Shown piece after piece: positions 12,010 through 26,240 of a stretch of DNA of 64,000 bases. The notes below the pieces were generated by a model. That model did no database searches and had not been told where the DNA came from. It worked only from the letters and a program-made list of their open reading frames with translations. The first letter of the stretch is position 1. Each line of letters opens with the position of its first letter. This DNA comes from Eledone cirrhosa. Its lineage: Eukaryota. The stretch spans positions 132,122,001-132,186,000 of the forward strand of contig OZ024741.1 in the NCBI GenBank assembly GCA_964016885.1, read 5' to 3'. The position numbers and the translations under genes were made by a program.

Positions 12010-14335
12010 TTGATAACCAGAGAACTTAGGAAAAGCTACAGAAAAACTACACGGGCCAACCTGGATTTAATTAACACGGAGGCCAATAGCGTCATGATTA
12101 AACTGGGTATTGAGGATAAAACCGAACCCTTCCATCCTAGAACCCCGAGGATTTTGCTGAAGGACCACAAATTGAACTTTGAATCATTAAGACCTGTCAG
12201 GCTGATAGCCCCTTCGAAGTCGGACATAGGAATCGTAAGTAAAAACATCCTTGATAAAATAATCCCCACTCTAGTTAGGAGATCGAAGCTCAAGTTGTGG
12301 TCAGGAACAAGTGAAGTAATTAACTGGTTTGAGAAATCGCTGGCAGAATAAGAATAGCACTAAGTTTATACAGTTCGATATCTCTAATTACTACTCTTCA
12401 ATCTCTCCAACTCTTCTAGGTAGGGCCCTTAACTTTGCTAGCTTACACACCGACCTTACATCCGAGGAAATTAGCATTATTCTCCTAGCTAGCAAAACCT
12501 TAATTGAATTCAACGGTGACCTGTGGACTAGGAGGGATTGGCAGACAATTTCGACATCACCATGGGATCCACGGACTCGGCCCAGGTGACGGATCTGGTG
12601 GGCCTTTACCTCCTTGACTGTCTCGGAGCAGAAATGCCCCACCTGGGAGGCGGCGCTTACCATGACGACGTCTTGTTTACTGTGTCGTTCCATAATAATA
12701 GTATGGTAGAGAGGGTGAGGAAAAAACTTAGCAAATTCTTCAATAGCATAGACCTAAGTATAGTATTTGAAGAGAATTTAAAAATAGTTAATTTTCTAGA
12801 TGTTACACTTAACCTCAATTTAGGACTCTTCCAACCTTACCACAAACCCAACGAGAATCTAAACTATGTCAACGCAAAATCGAACTACCCTAGAATAGTC
12901 ACTAACGGTATTACCAAAAGCGTCTCTAGTAGAATTTCAGGACTATCTTCCAATGTAGATACCTTTAATAAGATCTCGAATTACTATAATAGCGCCCTGG
13001 AACGCGCAGGGCATAGCGAGAGAATCTCATTCAAACGTCGATTAAATAGTAGAAGTAACATTGCCCGCGATAGCTTAGGCCTAAATAGTTACACTCTAGT
13101 TAACAGCAGGCGGGATACGAGGGAGGATGCATATAGTCTTCATGTTGTACTGCCGCCTAGTCCCAGTGCTGTTGGTACTAGTAGAAACAGCCACCCAGAT
13201 ACTAACACTGGGTCTGAGCAACGTAACGCCAGCGGAAACTCTAATGGTAACCTTAATTGTGGAACCGATAAAACTACCGTTGAACGCAGTATGGAACGAG
13301 GGTCGAGTAGGGGGAATAGGGACAGGTGTAGCAGACACATAGTGGATACAACCCCAGCTATCGAGGGTAACCCCAATAGCCGCACGGGGGGTACACCGCC
13401 CTGGAGACTTGGAACGATTCCGAACACAATCGTGATACCCCAGGACACCATCGACTCACAGGTAATTTCCAGTCACAATAGACCAGTAACTACTAGGGAG
13501 ACAGGTAATTCTAATATAGTTAGTAGGAACAAGAGGCATCGGACCAGAAAAGTCCTGTGGTATAATCCCCCTTACTCCACTGGCCTGACCACTAGTATAG
13601 CTAAGCTTTTCTTTAGGGCCTTAGACAAATGCTTCCCTAGATCGCACAGATATTATAAAATATTCAATAGAAATACCATCAAGCTGTCCTACTCCAGAAT
13701 ATAGCTAAGATGAATTATAGTAGACTTAGGACAGCCAATGAGGGAATTAGGCATGGCAGGAAGAATGGCAGCTCTATTGAGGAACTGACTCATACACGTG
13801 AGGCGAGTCCGGCCTCTCCAACCCCAGGGAATTTACCAATAGAGCAGACTGGAACTGAGACCCGACCCCAAAGGTACATCCGGAACTACCCAGATCGATA
13901 GCAAAAAAAAGTAACTGCAAAAGCACCGCCACCTGCCCCATGGCTGGGAAATGCCTTACTAAAAACATAGTCTACGACTGTAAGGTCTCCACTCCTGATA
14001 GAACCTTTAGGTATGTTGGGGCAACTGCCACTGAATTTAAGGATAGATGGTATAATCACCGCCATACCTTTAATAGATTAGATAAAAAAAATAGCACGGC
14101 ACTTTCGGAATTAGTCTGGAAACTTAAACATCAGAATATAGAGCACTCCTTATCCTGGTCCATAGTTTGCTCAGCCCAACCTTATAACGGCAGCACTGGC
14201 GTCTGCAATTTATGTATAGCTGAAACTTTTAATATTATTAGAGGCGGCCCCCTATTAATTAATAGAAGAGCCGATTTTTTCAGCAACTGTCAACATAGAA
14301 CCTCGAAAACCTTCCGCAGGATTTTTGGAAAGTAA
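12010..14335 (+). pseudogene. Frameshifted Penelope-like RT plus GIY-YIG endonuclease ORF
   Basis: KDHKLNF..RPVRLIAPSKSDIG; FIQFDISNYYSSI; DITMGSTDSAQVTDLVGLYLL; YHDD; VNFLDVTLNL; WYNPPYS; CPMAGKCLTKNIVY..YVGAT..FKDRWYNH..CNLCIAE. Confidence 0.9.
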
Positions 14336-15689
14336 CCTACCAATAACTCCTTCCTCTCTACTTTAGCCATAGAGTTCTCTCAATAAACGGACAGTCACAC
14401 ACTTAGGTAGTTAGACGGCTAAGATTGTTTGCGCACTTGCAAACGATACTCGGCCTGTTTCCACGGAGTTCTCACAGCTGAGTTCTCTCTTTTAGAATAC
14501 CTAGCTAGTAAATAGTTAGATTGATTACACACTTAGTTAGGACCGATTACGCTCTCTATACATAGCTCTACACACAATACCCGTTTCCTTTAGACATTGA
14601 GCTCCCACAATTACGACTGTCACGTTCCTACCGACTGAACACTACACCAGGTTTTGATGCGTGATCATCTAACCATAGAGGTCTCACTGTTACGGATTGA
14701 ACAATAATACTGACACACCATTAATGGGCCTACACACATCCTTTGGATTTTACTGTCCTGTGTTTTCTTACTTCACCTTCTGTGTTGGATAACACACCTC
14801 CACCACTCAAACAACTATCTTAAAAGCTCATTGGCCCATGTGACGGGAAATCGCACTTGCGGACGCATTTACCCAATACCCAACCCTACACGGAGCCCTT
14901 TGCCGGCCCACATTGCAGTTGCTTGCACGCACGGATTTGGTGACACGGATTCTCAACGGGACAGCGGTACACAAGGAATTCGACATGAGCTGATTGCTTG
15001 CTCTTCACATGGATTTGTATATACTCGGACATACCCCCCCCCCCCTCTTTTTTTTTGGGGGGGGGGGGCGATTCGGATGTGTATATACCATAACACACAC
15101 TTGAAGATATGGATGTTACAATTCGATCTATACACATATAGCAGAACACTGAACTGAACTTACTTGCGCGCGCGCGTGTGTGTGTGTGTATGTGTGTAGC
15201 GTTGGTTAACCCAATATTTCCAATTTACATCATCAAATTGTTGCTTTGTGAACTAACTTTCGGTGAGTGCTGTGTTGGTACATTCTTATATTTGTTTTAT
15301 TATATTTGTTTTTTTCCTCGGACATCGCTTCGGTGTGTGTGAAAATGTATGTGTACCCACCCACGCTAATTCTACAAGTTTAATACTGTGTTCATGTGTG
15401 TATATATATGTATATATTTTTCTTTGACCTCGAGCCGATGTATGTGGGTGTGGAATGTGTGTGTACCCACTCACATTAACTGTGACTGACTGTATCCCTA
15501 CAGATTTGATTGATGTCCAGCGTCTTTTGCAACGATAGAAATCTGAAAACTTTTATGACCTCAACTAAAGCTAATAGCAGTCGCCGTGTCTCTGACTGAC
15601 TGGTGTGTCTCCATATGAGGGAATGAATTCTGTGAGTGAACATCGTTATTTTTTCTCCCTCATATCAAGAATTTGAAGACAATTCATTT

Positions 15690-15763
15690 TCACCTGATGA
15701 GATCAGTGATAATCGATCATAGCTTCACAATCGATCTATCTCTTATTGAAACATATGTCGCGA
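15690..15763 (+). ncRNA. Hammerhead ribozyme at 3' end (pLTR) of the Penelope-like element
   Basis: tcac-CTGATGA-gatcagtgataatcgat...atcgatctatctcttatt-GAAA-catatG TC-gcga; GUC triplet; one stem I mismatch. Confidence 0.7.
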
Positions 15764-15827
15764 TTAAATGATTGGAATTTTACCTTGCCTTCGGATTTTC
15801 ATTTTGATATATATATATATATATATG

Positions 15828-15905
<78 letters not shown>

Positions 15906-15956
15906 TTTATTTATTTGTCTGCCTCTGTTTTGCTCCCGTCCAAATTTTCACTATAC

Positions 15957-16022
<66 letters not shown>

Positions 16023-16861
16023 AAGAGAGGAAGAATTTGAGCGATAGATCTAGCGATGGTGAGAAACCTTGAGAGGGACAGAGCAAGAGTCAGAAGATGG
16101 GGTGGAGGGGAGAGGGCAGTATAAATGAAAGGGGGAGGAAGGAAGGGGAATGAGTGATGCAGGAGGCAGTATTGTAAACGGTATTGTCTGTTAGAACACA
16201 TAAGAAACAACCAGTGCTGTTTGTAAGCAGCAGTCTGCAAGCGAATGTACCAAGATCTACAGTTTGTCTTGTCTCTATAGTGTAATTCCACTACACGGGG
16301 AATTCTTTCATTGTTGGGTGCTGCTGGCCTTTACTTCAACTCAACACACAGACACAAACACAATCTCTATTTCTCTCTCTCCATCCCCTCTCTCTCTCTC
16401 TCTCTCTCTCATTCTCTCTCTCTCTCCCCCTCTCTCTCTCTCTCTCTCCCTCTCTCCCTCTCTCCCTCTCTCTCTCTGTATCATCTATCTATCTTACTAT
16501 CTATCTTACTATCTATCTTACTATCTATCTATCTATCAATCAATCTTTGTACTTGTCCCACTTTTTGATGCCCTGGTGGCAAATAAAAAGAAAGTTATCT
16601 ATCTATCTATCAATCTATCTGTCTGTCTGTCTGTCTATCAATCTATCTATCTATTTTATTTTATTTTTTGTTATATCTTATTTTATTTTTATATTTTGTT
16701 ATTGCCTCCTCCTTATTGAGGACGCCTTTTTGTGTAAACTCCCCCCTTTGTACTTGTCCCACTTTTGATGCCCTAGTGGCAAATAAAAGAAATATATCTA
16801 TCTATTTTACTAGCTATTTATCTATCTATCTATCAATCTATCAATCTATCTATTTATTTTA

Positions 16862-16902
<41 letters not shown>

Positions 16903-17410
16903 AATCTATCTATCTATTTTACTAGCTATCTATCTATCTAACTATCTATCTATCTATCTATCTCTATCTATCTACGTACCTATCTATTTGTCTATTTATC
17001 TATCTATCTACCTAACATTTCTTCTATATCTTTCTGTAGACCCCACATTCAACCACTCTCCCTCCCTTTCTCTCTCTTCTCTCTCCTCTCTCATCTTTCT
17101 CTGTTCTCTCGCCAATCTCTCATCTCTATTTCCTCTCCTCTCTCTCATCTCTCTCTCTCCCTCATTTCATTAACACATGTTTATATACATTTCACCTCTT
17201 CGCTCCATCGCCTCCTCCTCCTTCACCCCCTATCCCCCTCCTCCTCCTCCTCCTCCTCTTCACTCTTTTTCTCCTTTACTTTTCTTAACTCTTGTAAAAT
17301 ATTAAACACATCGTATAACAACACATTTTACAACCGTACAATCCAGAGACAAACACAAATACACACACCTACACACACACACGAACACATACACCCCATC
17401 ACAAAAATAG

Positions 17411-17494
<84 letters not shown>

Positions 17495-17605
17495 ATATAT
17501 AAAATAAACACAATACAATGCACAAGCATACGTTGACTTAGTTGTACACAAATATATTTATATATACTGAAAGTGAAACAGCATTTCTATCTCTTTCTCT
17601 TTCTG

Positions 17606-17677
<72 letters not shown>

Positions 17678-18046
17678 ATCTCTGTTTCTCTCTCACACAC
17701 ATATATATCAAACAAAACGTAGGCAGACATACACAAAAATAAATAAATACGCACCCATACAAGCAGTGAAACACACACATAGACACACACACACATCCAC
17801 ACACACAAAGATGAATGGAAGATAAAAACAAGACAACGAGACACGAATAAGGAAGAGAAAGCAGTAGGTGGCAGTTGATTGCTAGTGATTATTTTCTTTT
17901 GGCTTCGAGACAATTCCCATAAAGGTAAGTTCCTTAATTTGTGTGTGTATATATATATATTCATATATATATATGTGTGTGTGTGTGCGTGCGTGTGTAT
18001 GTGCGTGTGTGTCTATGTGTATAAATATATATATACATATAAATAA

Positions 18047-18077
<31 letters not shown>

Positions 18078-18110
18078 ATATATATTATATATATATATAT
18101 AAATATATAT

Positions 18111-18436
18111 AACGAAGGAAATGTGGTAAGGAACCAGGTGGACCATAACGCACCAAACTACTCAATACTTAGGGTAGTAGAGTGGGTAATAGGAACGAGT
18201 AAGACCCCGACGGCTGAGCTCAAGCCGTTTCGACGGCTAATTCTAAGGAATTGTGGTAAGGAACCAGATGGACCATAACGCACCAGAGTACTCAATACTT
18301 AGAGTAGTAGAGTGGGAAATAGGAAAAAGTATGACCCCGACGGCAGAGCTCAAGCCGTTTCGACGGCTATTTCTGAACTGAGTCCAGAAATAACTGTCGA
18401 AACGGCTTGAGCTCTGCCGTCGGGGTCATACTCCTA
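18111..18436 (-). mobile_element. Family F insertion: tandem plus fold-back unit in (TA)n
   Basis: About 125-bp unit repeated from 18122 and 18252, then IR centred near 18380; homologues 26236-26441, 51564-51703, 55308-55403. Confidence 0.8.
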
Positions 18437-18457
18437 TATATATATATATAAATATAT

Positions 18458-18515
<58 letters not shown>

Positions 18516-18792
18516 TTATGCTTATATATAAGTGTGTATATCTATATACACATATTTTAAATGTGTTTGTATGTATATGTGTGTGTATGTATATATACAT
18601 ATATCTATAAATATAATTCATAATGAAATTCTTGATTTTTTTCGTCTCGTTATATTCATACTATATAAAACTATGTCTGAATACGGACACATAAATATAT
18701 ATATGTGTGTGTGTGTGTTTGTTTGTTTGTGTGTGTGAGTGTTGTGTATAATGAGCGAGAGAGAAGGAAAAAGGGAGAAAGGAAGAGACAAA

Positions 18793-18824
<32 letters not shown>

Positions 18825-18945
18825 CTGACTGTTCAATACATTTTTTTTTAATATAGAAACTTATGAATGAAAATCGAATGAATATAGTGAGTGAAAGTAA
18901 TGTTTACTTCTCTCCTTTTTTCCTTCTTCTTTTCTCGTGTGTTGA

Positions 18946-19052
<107 letters not shown>

Positions 19053-19056
19053 TATA

Positions 19057-19090
<34 letters not shown>

Positions 19091-19226
19091 GAGATGATAC
19101 AACAGTATAAGGCATTTAGATATTTGCGTTATATATATGTGTGTGTGTGTGTGTGTGAATATATGTATATATATATATTCATATACATAATCATATGTAT
19201 ATATGTGTCTGTGCGTGTGTGTGTGA

Positions 19227-19257
<31 letters not shown>

Positions 19258-19281
19258 ATCATATATATAATAATATACGTG

Positions 19282-19315
<34 letters not shown>

Positions 19316-19779
19316 TCGAGACGAAACAAGTGTTTATTTGAATTCATAGAAAGATTAGAAAACTCATTTGCTGTCATTCATAGAATTTGGCGGTTTTAAC
19401 AGGTGTTCTAGTGGTCAACTTCCTCATTTTTCTATTAATTTTATATATATATTCATATCCACTGGTGGACTGGTCAGGTTGCAGGTTGCCCAATGGCATG
19501 TGGGCTCCAGGGCGCCCACTGTAGCATTGCGGGAATCCACCGTAGTATTTTAGGGGGCAATGATTTGCTTTCAAAAACATCTTTTAAAAAAGTCTTAGAA
19601 AAAGAATAACATATTTTAAAAATAAATAAACAAATAAGCAAAGCATTTGGTCAAACAATTCCCTGGGGAATTAATAGAAACCAAAATATATAGTGGTGGC
19701 AGAATCACTTGCATACATGCACGGACACACGCACACACATACACATATATATATATAGGTAAGTTATTCCGAGTTGAAT

Positions 19780-19900
19780 CGGAGGAAACCACAGTAAGTA
19801 AGGTACTCAATACATAGCAGAGTATAAAAGTATTAATATAGAAGAGCTTCTACAGGACTAGAACTGTTTCATTCGTGAGAAATCATCAGGAATCCCATGT
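19780..19900 (-). mobile_element. Family G insertion with HHR-like motif
   Basis: Minus strand ggattc-CTGATGA-tttctcacgaat-GAAA-cagttc-tagtcc, then actctgctatgtattgagtacc. Confidence 0.6.
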
Positions 19901-19912
19901 AATCTATATTAA

Positions 19913-19963
<51 letters not shown>

Positions 19964-20115
19964 GGCTTAAAATTAAGAAGAAAGCAAGAATGGGGGAGGG
20001 AGTTTTTCTCATCAGTTATCTACTGGGGTCTCGGATATTTCAACGCTTTAAAGACAATATATCTACCCCAGAGCGTTCAAAACTAGGTAAGTTATTGGGA
20101 AAACACATATATATA

Positions 20116-20295
20116 TTGTTTCTACTTTAGGTACAAGGCCAGCAATTACCCAGTGCATTACTGGTACTTTATTTTATCGACCCCGTAAGGATGAAAGGCA
20201 AAGTCAACCTCGGCGGGATTTGCACTCAGATCGTAAAGGGACGTAACTATGCTGGAAAGCATGGCGTCCGACTCTCTACCGATACTGCCAATCCA
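20116..20295 (-). mobile_element. SINE S1
   Basis: Full reverse-complement copy. Confidence 0.9.
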
Positions 20296-20369
20296 CCACC
20301 ATATATATACACATGTATGTATGTAATGTACTTGCACATATATATATATGTATGTAATGTATCCCAGTA

Positions 20370-20935
20370 CAACCTGTCTCATGTTCGGGTCGTTGGCGAC
20401 TAAACTGGCAACCCCACCAAGGTTTCTTGGTGAGGAGTGTGACTTTGGACATCCTGCAGGACTAAAAACAAAACCTGTCAAAGGGCAAGGGAGCTCTTAA
20501 GAGTCAATAGCCATCCAAAATCACCGGGAGAGATGACCCCTTAGCCTTTGTCAAGGCAGAATTCTAGGAGGAGGAAAACTCTGATATAACACCTGCAACC
20601 CTGATGGTATCCAATGATGTTGACTTGTTCTTCTTTTTGGTAAATATCATCTTGGTTAAGAGAGTGGGACTGGCTTTGTGCAGTGCCTTTGCTCACTATA
20701 AAAGCTTCACGGCACAGGCATTGCTTTATATCTGGAGATCTCTCTGCACTTGTCATCACATGGTACCATGGGCCCAGCACTATGTGTCAATAATTGCCAC
20801 AAGTGTTTGTGCCAGAGTTTTCAAGTCGCTGGCTGGACTAAAAAATCACACTCGTAGGGGTTTGGTAGGGGTTCTCCTACATGGATATAAAGTAGTGGCC
20901 GTTATCGAAAACGAGTTGGCAGCCACCATGTATGT
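20370..20935 (+). mobile_element. Non-autonomous RTE-derived element
   Basis: 5' UTR-like segment, then CARVFKSLAGLKNHTR zinc-finger remnant and ggcagccacc-atgt tail; copy at 8808-9215. Confidence 0.7.
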
Positions 20936-20974
20936 AATGTACACATACACACATATATATGTATGTATGTACTT

Positions 20975-21012
<38 letters not shown>

Positions 21013-21232
21013 GTATGTACTTACACGCACACACACACACACACATATATAAATATATATATATACATTCCCTAGGGAGAATGAGTCACCAAAAGGTTTT
21101 TGTACAGGTTAAAAAACATGTATGTATACATATATAAACATCTATATATATATACATGTACATGTACACACATACACACACTACCAGATATATATATATA
21201 TTGAGGGAATGTGAAAGACTAAAGGTCATTAT

Positions 21233-21334
21233 TGAGGTTGACTTTGCCTTTCATCCTTACGGGGTCGATAAAATAAAGTACCAGTAATGCATTGGGTAAT
21301 TGCTGGCCTTGTGCCTAAAGTAGAAACAATTATT
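21233..21334 (+). mobile_element. SINE S1, 5'-truncated
   Basis: Core plus tail only. Confidence 0.85.
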
Positions 21335-21708
21335 GAAAGTCTCTGGATGTGTATATTTCGCAAGGTACTTTATACTTTTATTGGAGAAGATAAACACGAT
21401 TACTTGTATACTCTACTCTAAATAACAGTACACTATACATTCACAATTATTTAAAAATTCAATTATAACATTCTGTATTAACATTTACTATTGCTGTATA
21501 CTGCCAGTAATATGTACAGTATATATACTATATATAGACTATATTTACACTTTTTTTCCGCAAAAATTTGATTACAGTTTTATTTTGACTTATGTAGTTT
21601 TTGAAAATGTTATTATTCATTATAAAAATCAAATGATAGCATTCTATATAAGGGGTGGACTCCCTTTATCTCCTGGCAACCAATATTTTTAGACCCAGCC
21701 CGACACTG

Positions 21709-21785
<77 letters not shown>

Positions 21786-21957
21786 GGGATAATTAGTTAT
21801 CGTTATAGGCAATCCACTTAGAGGTAGTCCAATTAGAGTACTCCGTGTTGCGCAACATCTAGCGAACTCTAGACCTACCAGATCAAAGAAACAATTATCA
21901 GCACTGTGAATACAACCCTTATTGTACAGACAACCATGTTACTCTTATCTCTTAAAT

Positions 21958-22059
<102 letters not shown>

Positions 22060-22629
22060 CTATATATGCTTGTGTGGTGTGTGTGCATGGATATATTTAT
22101 ACACACAACCTCCCACACACACAAACACACATAAACGTATATTCCGTTTCCCAATATTTTTTGTATTCTTTTTTCTCAAATTGCCTCACGGTGCGTAGCT
22201 AGAGTTGAAAGTCTTTTCACATCACATTCCATATCACACTGAGGTCGCTTAAATCAACTTTCCCTTCCCGCTAAAATGTTTGACTTTGTGCCTAAATCAG
22301 AAACCCTTATTTCCACAGCAAATGTAGCTATATCTAGCTGACGTTTGGCCTAAACCATCATAATTTTTATAGAATTCCGGGTGAGCGACATTGTGAATTG
22401 GTTTAGCCAAATACAGCCACAGTGTATTATAAATTCATATATATTTTTTTTATTTTTCATTATGCATATTTCATTCAATATTACTTTGCGTTAATAATTA
22501 TTTTTATTTTCGAAATTAGTACAGATTGTATTATTTCATAGAAAGACCACGAAATAAAAAATAAATTATTTACACTATCATTATCAAATGTTAACAACAA
22601 TGGCAAACAAATACTTCCAAAGTTTGTAT

Positions 22630-22965
<336 letters not shown>

Positions 22966-23497
22966 AAATCGGAGTATTCCATCTTCCCCGAGGGTCCGGG
23001 TAACTATTTCAATAATATCTTACTTTGTTTGACCCGTTTAGCTTGTTCGCTTTTTTGGCTAAGGTGGTTAATGGCTTCTTAACCATCGTCTCAGTTTGTA
23101 TGACCATTTTAACTTATGTTTATAGCTCTGGTATCTTCACATCCATGGAGCGCTTGTCTGCACAATACAGAAGTTGCGTTTCGCCAATTTCTACCCGCCG
23201 AAATGCGATTCTCACTAAATTTATATATATATATATATATATATATGTGAAAAATATGGGGAGAAGAATACTGCATGGTTACACATGGATAACATGTTAT
23301 AAAATGAGTCCCTCATCAGTGATTTGCCAACGGTCATTGGTATTTCATTGCATTAAAAATCATATACCTCACGTTGGTGCAATAATAAGTTATTAGGACA
23401 ATTAACAAACTGGAAATGGTATGACAAACACAAAAATGCAAATATACAGTCTTATTAGTTTCACGCTTAGGAAGAAGTAGAAGAGGGTTTGATGTTT

Positions 23498-23604
<107 letters not shown>

Positions 23605-24783
23605 TGGAATTGGAAATAGCACGGAAAATATATTTAAGGATCTGTTTTTCTTTTCTACTTCTTTGATTCGTCAAAGTGACATTATTGAAAAAATGAGAGG
23701 GACAATTCTTTTAGAAAAAGAGTTTTATAATGTATATAGAATATATAAAGTATATAATGTATATAGAATATATAAAGTATTACCGGTTTCGATGTATTAT
23801 TAAATTCCATCTTATCAAATGTTGAGTATTGCAATTAAAAAGAATTAAAAAGAATTAAAAATTAAAGATTTAAAATTAAGTGTTGAGGCAGGTTTGTTCA
23901 TCATATATATATGTGTGTGTGTGTGTGTGAGTGTAGAATATAGTATATATCTGCACATACAGAACAGGATTAACTGATAATGCGTGTATGTGTATATAAG
24001 TATGTACACATTCAGTATTCAATCATGTAAGCATGTCAAATTTCCGTATTTCCCATTGGACTGAAAAATTAATGAACATCTTTAGTCGATGTTCGACCCT
24101 CGTTGTCTTCCTATCAAAGTATATCTACATCCTTAAACAACCACAGGTAAATACGTAACTGGTGCCCTTATAAAACCTTTTAAATGTAATAGCATTCATA
24201 AAATGGTACGACTAATTTGCATATCACTGGTTTGGAAATTAATTTTAGTACTTTAAAGGCTGAAACACAGTCTTCATTGAATCGACCCAGAGCTTATTGT
24301 TTCAAGTCTGGTAGTTATTTTATTAATCTCTTTTTGTCGAAGGTTAGGGGGCATAAACATACCCAGACACAAATCTAAGCATAAACATGGTTTCACACAC
24401 ACACACTATCCGAAACCGCCGAGCTCCTGGTAGATCTCGCATGGGGTGTTCTTCTCTGAAGACCCTCTGCCATCTAGCACTCCTGAAAGTCTCTATATGT
24501 AGTTGACAAATGTGTTCATGGATTCTACTTATGATTGTTGAGGTTGTTGCTATAATTGCCCCCGAAGTCGGGAATGACCATGCAGTGTTTTGTATATCAG
24601 AGCGTGCGCGAACATCTATGTCAGCCACTGAATGCGTTTGGGATGAGATTTGGGAAGGATTAGGCTGCTGATTTTAGTTGAACGACACAATGTGTAGGGG
24701 CACAATCATTAGTTCACCTGTGAACAATTGTACAATTTGTTTGGCTTCAGCCTAAGGACTAAAACCAGTAAAATAATTTAAGA

Positions 24784-24824
<41 letters not shown>

Positions 24825-24983
24825 TGTGTGTGTGTGCATGTCTATACATAAACATACACATATATGTATATGTATGTGTGTATGTTTTCCTCATACATTG
24901 ACCTATGTTTGTGTAGGCGTTTTAATAAAAATACCGAATCTATGCACACGACTGTGCACGTGTTTTGTACGTTGTTGTGTCTC

Positions 24984-25045
<62 letters not shown>

Positions 25046-25049
<4 letters not shown>

Positions 25050-25254
25050 ATAAATTAACGGAGCCATAAACTCTCGCTATTCCCTGTCAATAATGTGCTC
25101 ATAGGAGAAGGAATCCTGAGCTCTTTAAAATACAATATCTTGAAAAGGTAACACACTAGAGAGAGATACACTGCGCCACCACTGGTGGTTTTTTCCCTGT
25201 TTTATTGATGGCGCACTATATCTCTCTCTAGTGTGTTACATTTTCAAGATATTG

Positions 25255-25259
<5 letters not shown>
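25046..25259. repeat. Asymmetric fold-back insertion in (TA)n
   Basis: aatacaatatcttgaaaaggtaacacactagagagagata / tatctctctctagtgtgttacattttcaagatattgtatt with one-sided extension 25046-25126. Confidence 0.75.
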
Positions 25260-25307
<48 letters not shown>

Positions 25308-25310
<3 letters not shown>

Positions 25311-26185
25311 ATGTTATTCCAAATTGAAGGATAAGTGTTTCAAACTTTATTGTATCATGAGTTAAAGGTCTATAGATTTTTCCCCGGATTTCACTAAATT
25401 CTGTGGATGAATTTATATCCTGATTCTCTTTTGAGATGAGTTTGAGTTGTTTTTCCTAAATCTTTCGTTAACTACTTTTCCCATCTTGACGTTATAGTCG
25501 CATATATGTTATAGAATGCCGTTAGCTTCTTGCTAAAACAATCTCTATACCTCTCATTTATATTTATACTCGGATTCTTTTCCTAGAGTGCTTAAACTAT
25601 CTGTGACTAATCCCGGTTTTTTTCATAAAAACTGTGATAATTATTGCTATTTTGCTGAACTCCTTTTGTAGAGTTTTTTTCAGAATGTATTTGACTGCTA
25701 TTTCTTGTAAATAAACATTCACTTCCATCCTGACGTCACTAGCCCCGTTTTTTCCTCATGTACTTTTTCATAATTACACATGAAGGCGAACTAGCCAGTT
25801 TTAGAATTCCCTTTTTCGGATTATATTACTGTGAGAGCCCTGGTTTTCTGTTGAGCTCTGCTGATGAATGAAATCCAACAGTGACCATCTCCACTGAAAG
25901 TTTTCATGAAATAGTCTTTTAAGACTATACAGAGCATTTGATGTTATTCCAAATTGAAGGATAAGTGTTTCAAACTTTATTGTATCATGAGTTAAAGGTC
26001 TATAGATTTTTCCCCGGATTTCACTAAATTCTGTGGATGAATTTATATCCTGATTCTCTTTTGAGATGAGTTTGAGTTGTTTTTCCTAAATCTTTCGTTA
26101 ACTACTTTTCCCATCTTGACGTTATAGTCGCATATATGTTATAGAATGCCGTTAGCTTCTTGCTAAAACAATCTCTATACCTCTC

Positions 26186-26193
<8 letters not shown>
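25308..26193 (+). mobile_element. Retrozyme-like non-coding element: 630-bp unit present 1.4 times
   Basis: Direct repeat 25308-25563 = 25938-26193 (apparently identical), HHR just before the second copy, (TA)n on both sides, no ORF in the track. Confidence 0.8.
25855..25935 (+). ncRNA. Canonical type I hammerhead ribozyme
   Basis: gctctg-CTGATGA-atgaaa..cagtg..cactg..tttcat-GAAA-tagtct ttta agactA TA-cagagc; three perfect 6-bp stems; predicted cut after 25929. Confidence 0.9.

Positions 26194-26235
<42 letters not shown>

Positions 26236-26240
<5 letters not shown>

Larger units (their letters stand above)
11824..15809 (+). mobile_element. 5'-truncated Penelope-like element (Neptune-type) with inverted 3'-end copy at its 5' side, in (TA)n
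   Basis: RT and GIY-YIG ORF pieces; 27-bp IR 11963-11989 (tatcaaaatgaaaatccgaaggcaagg) vs 15783-15809; HHR at 15690-15763. Confidence 0.85.

Noticed and set aside
19995-20030. Minus-strand CTGATGA
   Set aside because: Not followed by stem II and GAAA.
23777-23822. Minus-strand ttgataa-gatg..catc-gaaa-ccggta
   Set aside because: Two core mutations; probably a dead HHR and not called as a functional feature.
24344-24660. 94-aa minus ORF with CVC, considered as a cystine-knot partner gene
   Set aside because: No signal peptide or correct Cys spacing, and the CVC comes from a (TG)n run. The plus strand gives ECVWDEI, more like a Tc1 transposase remnant.
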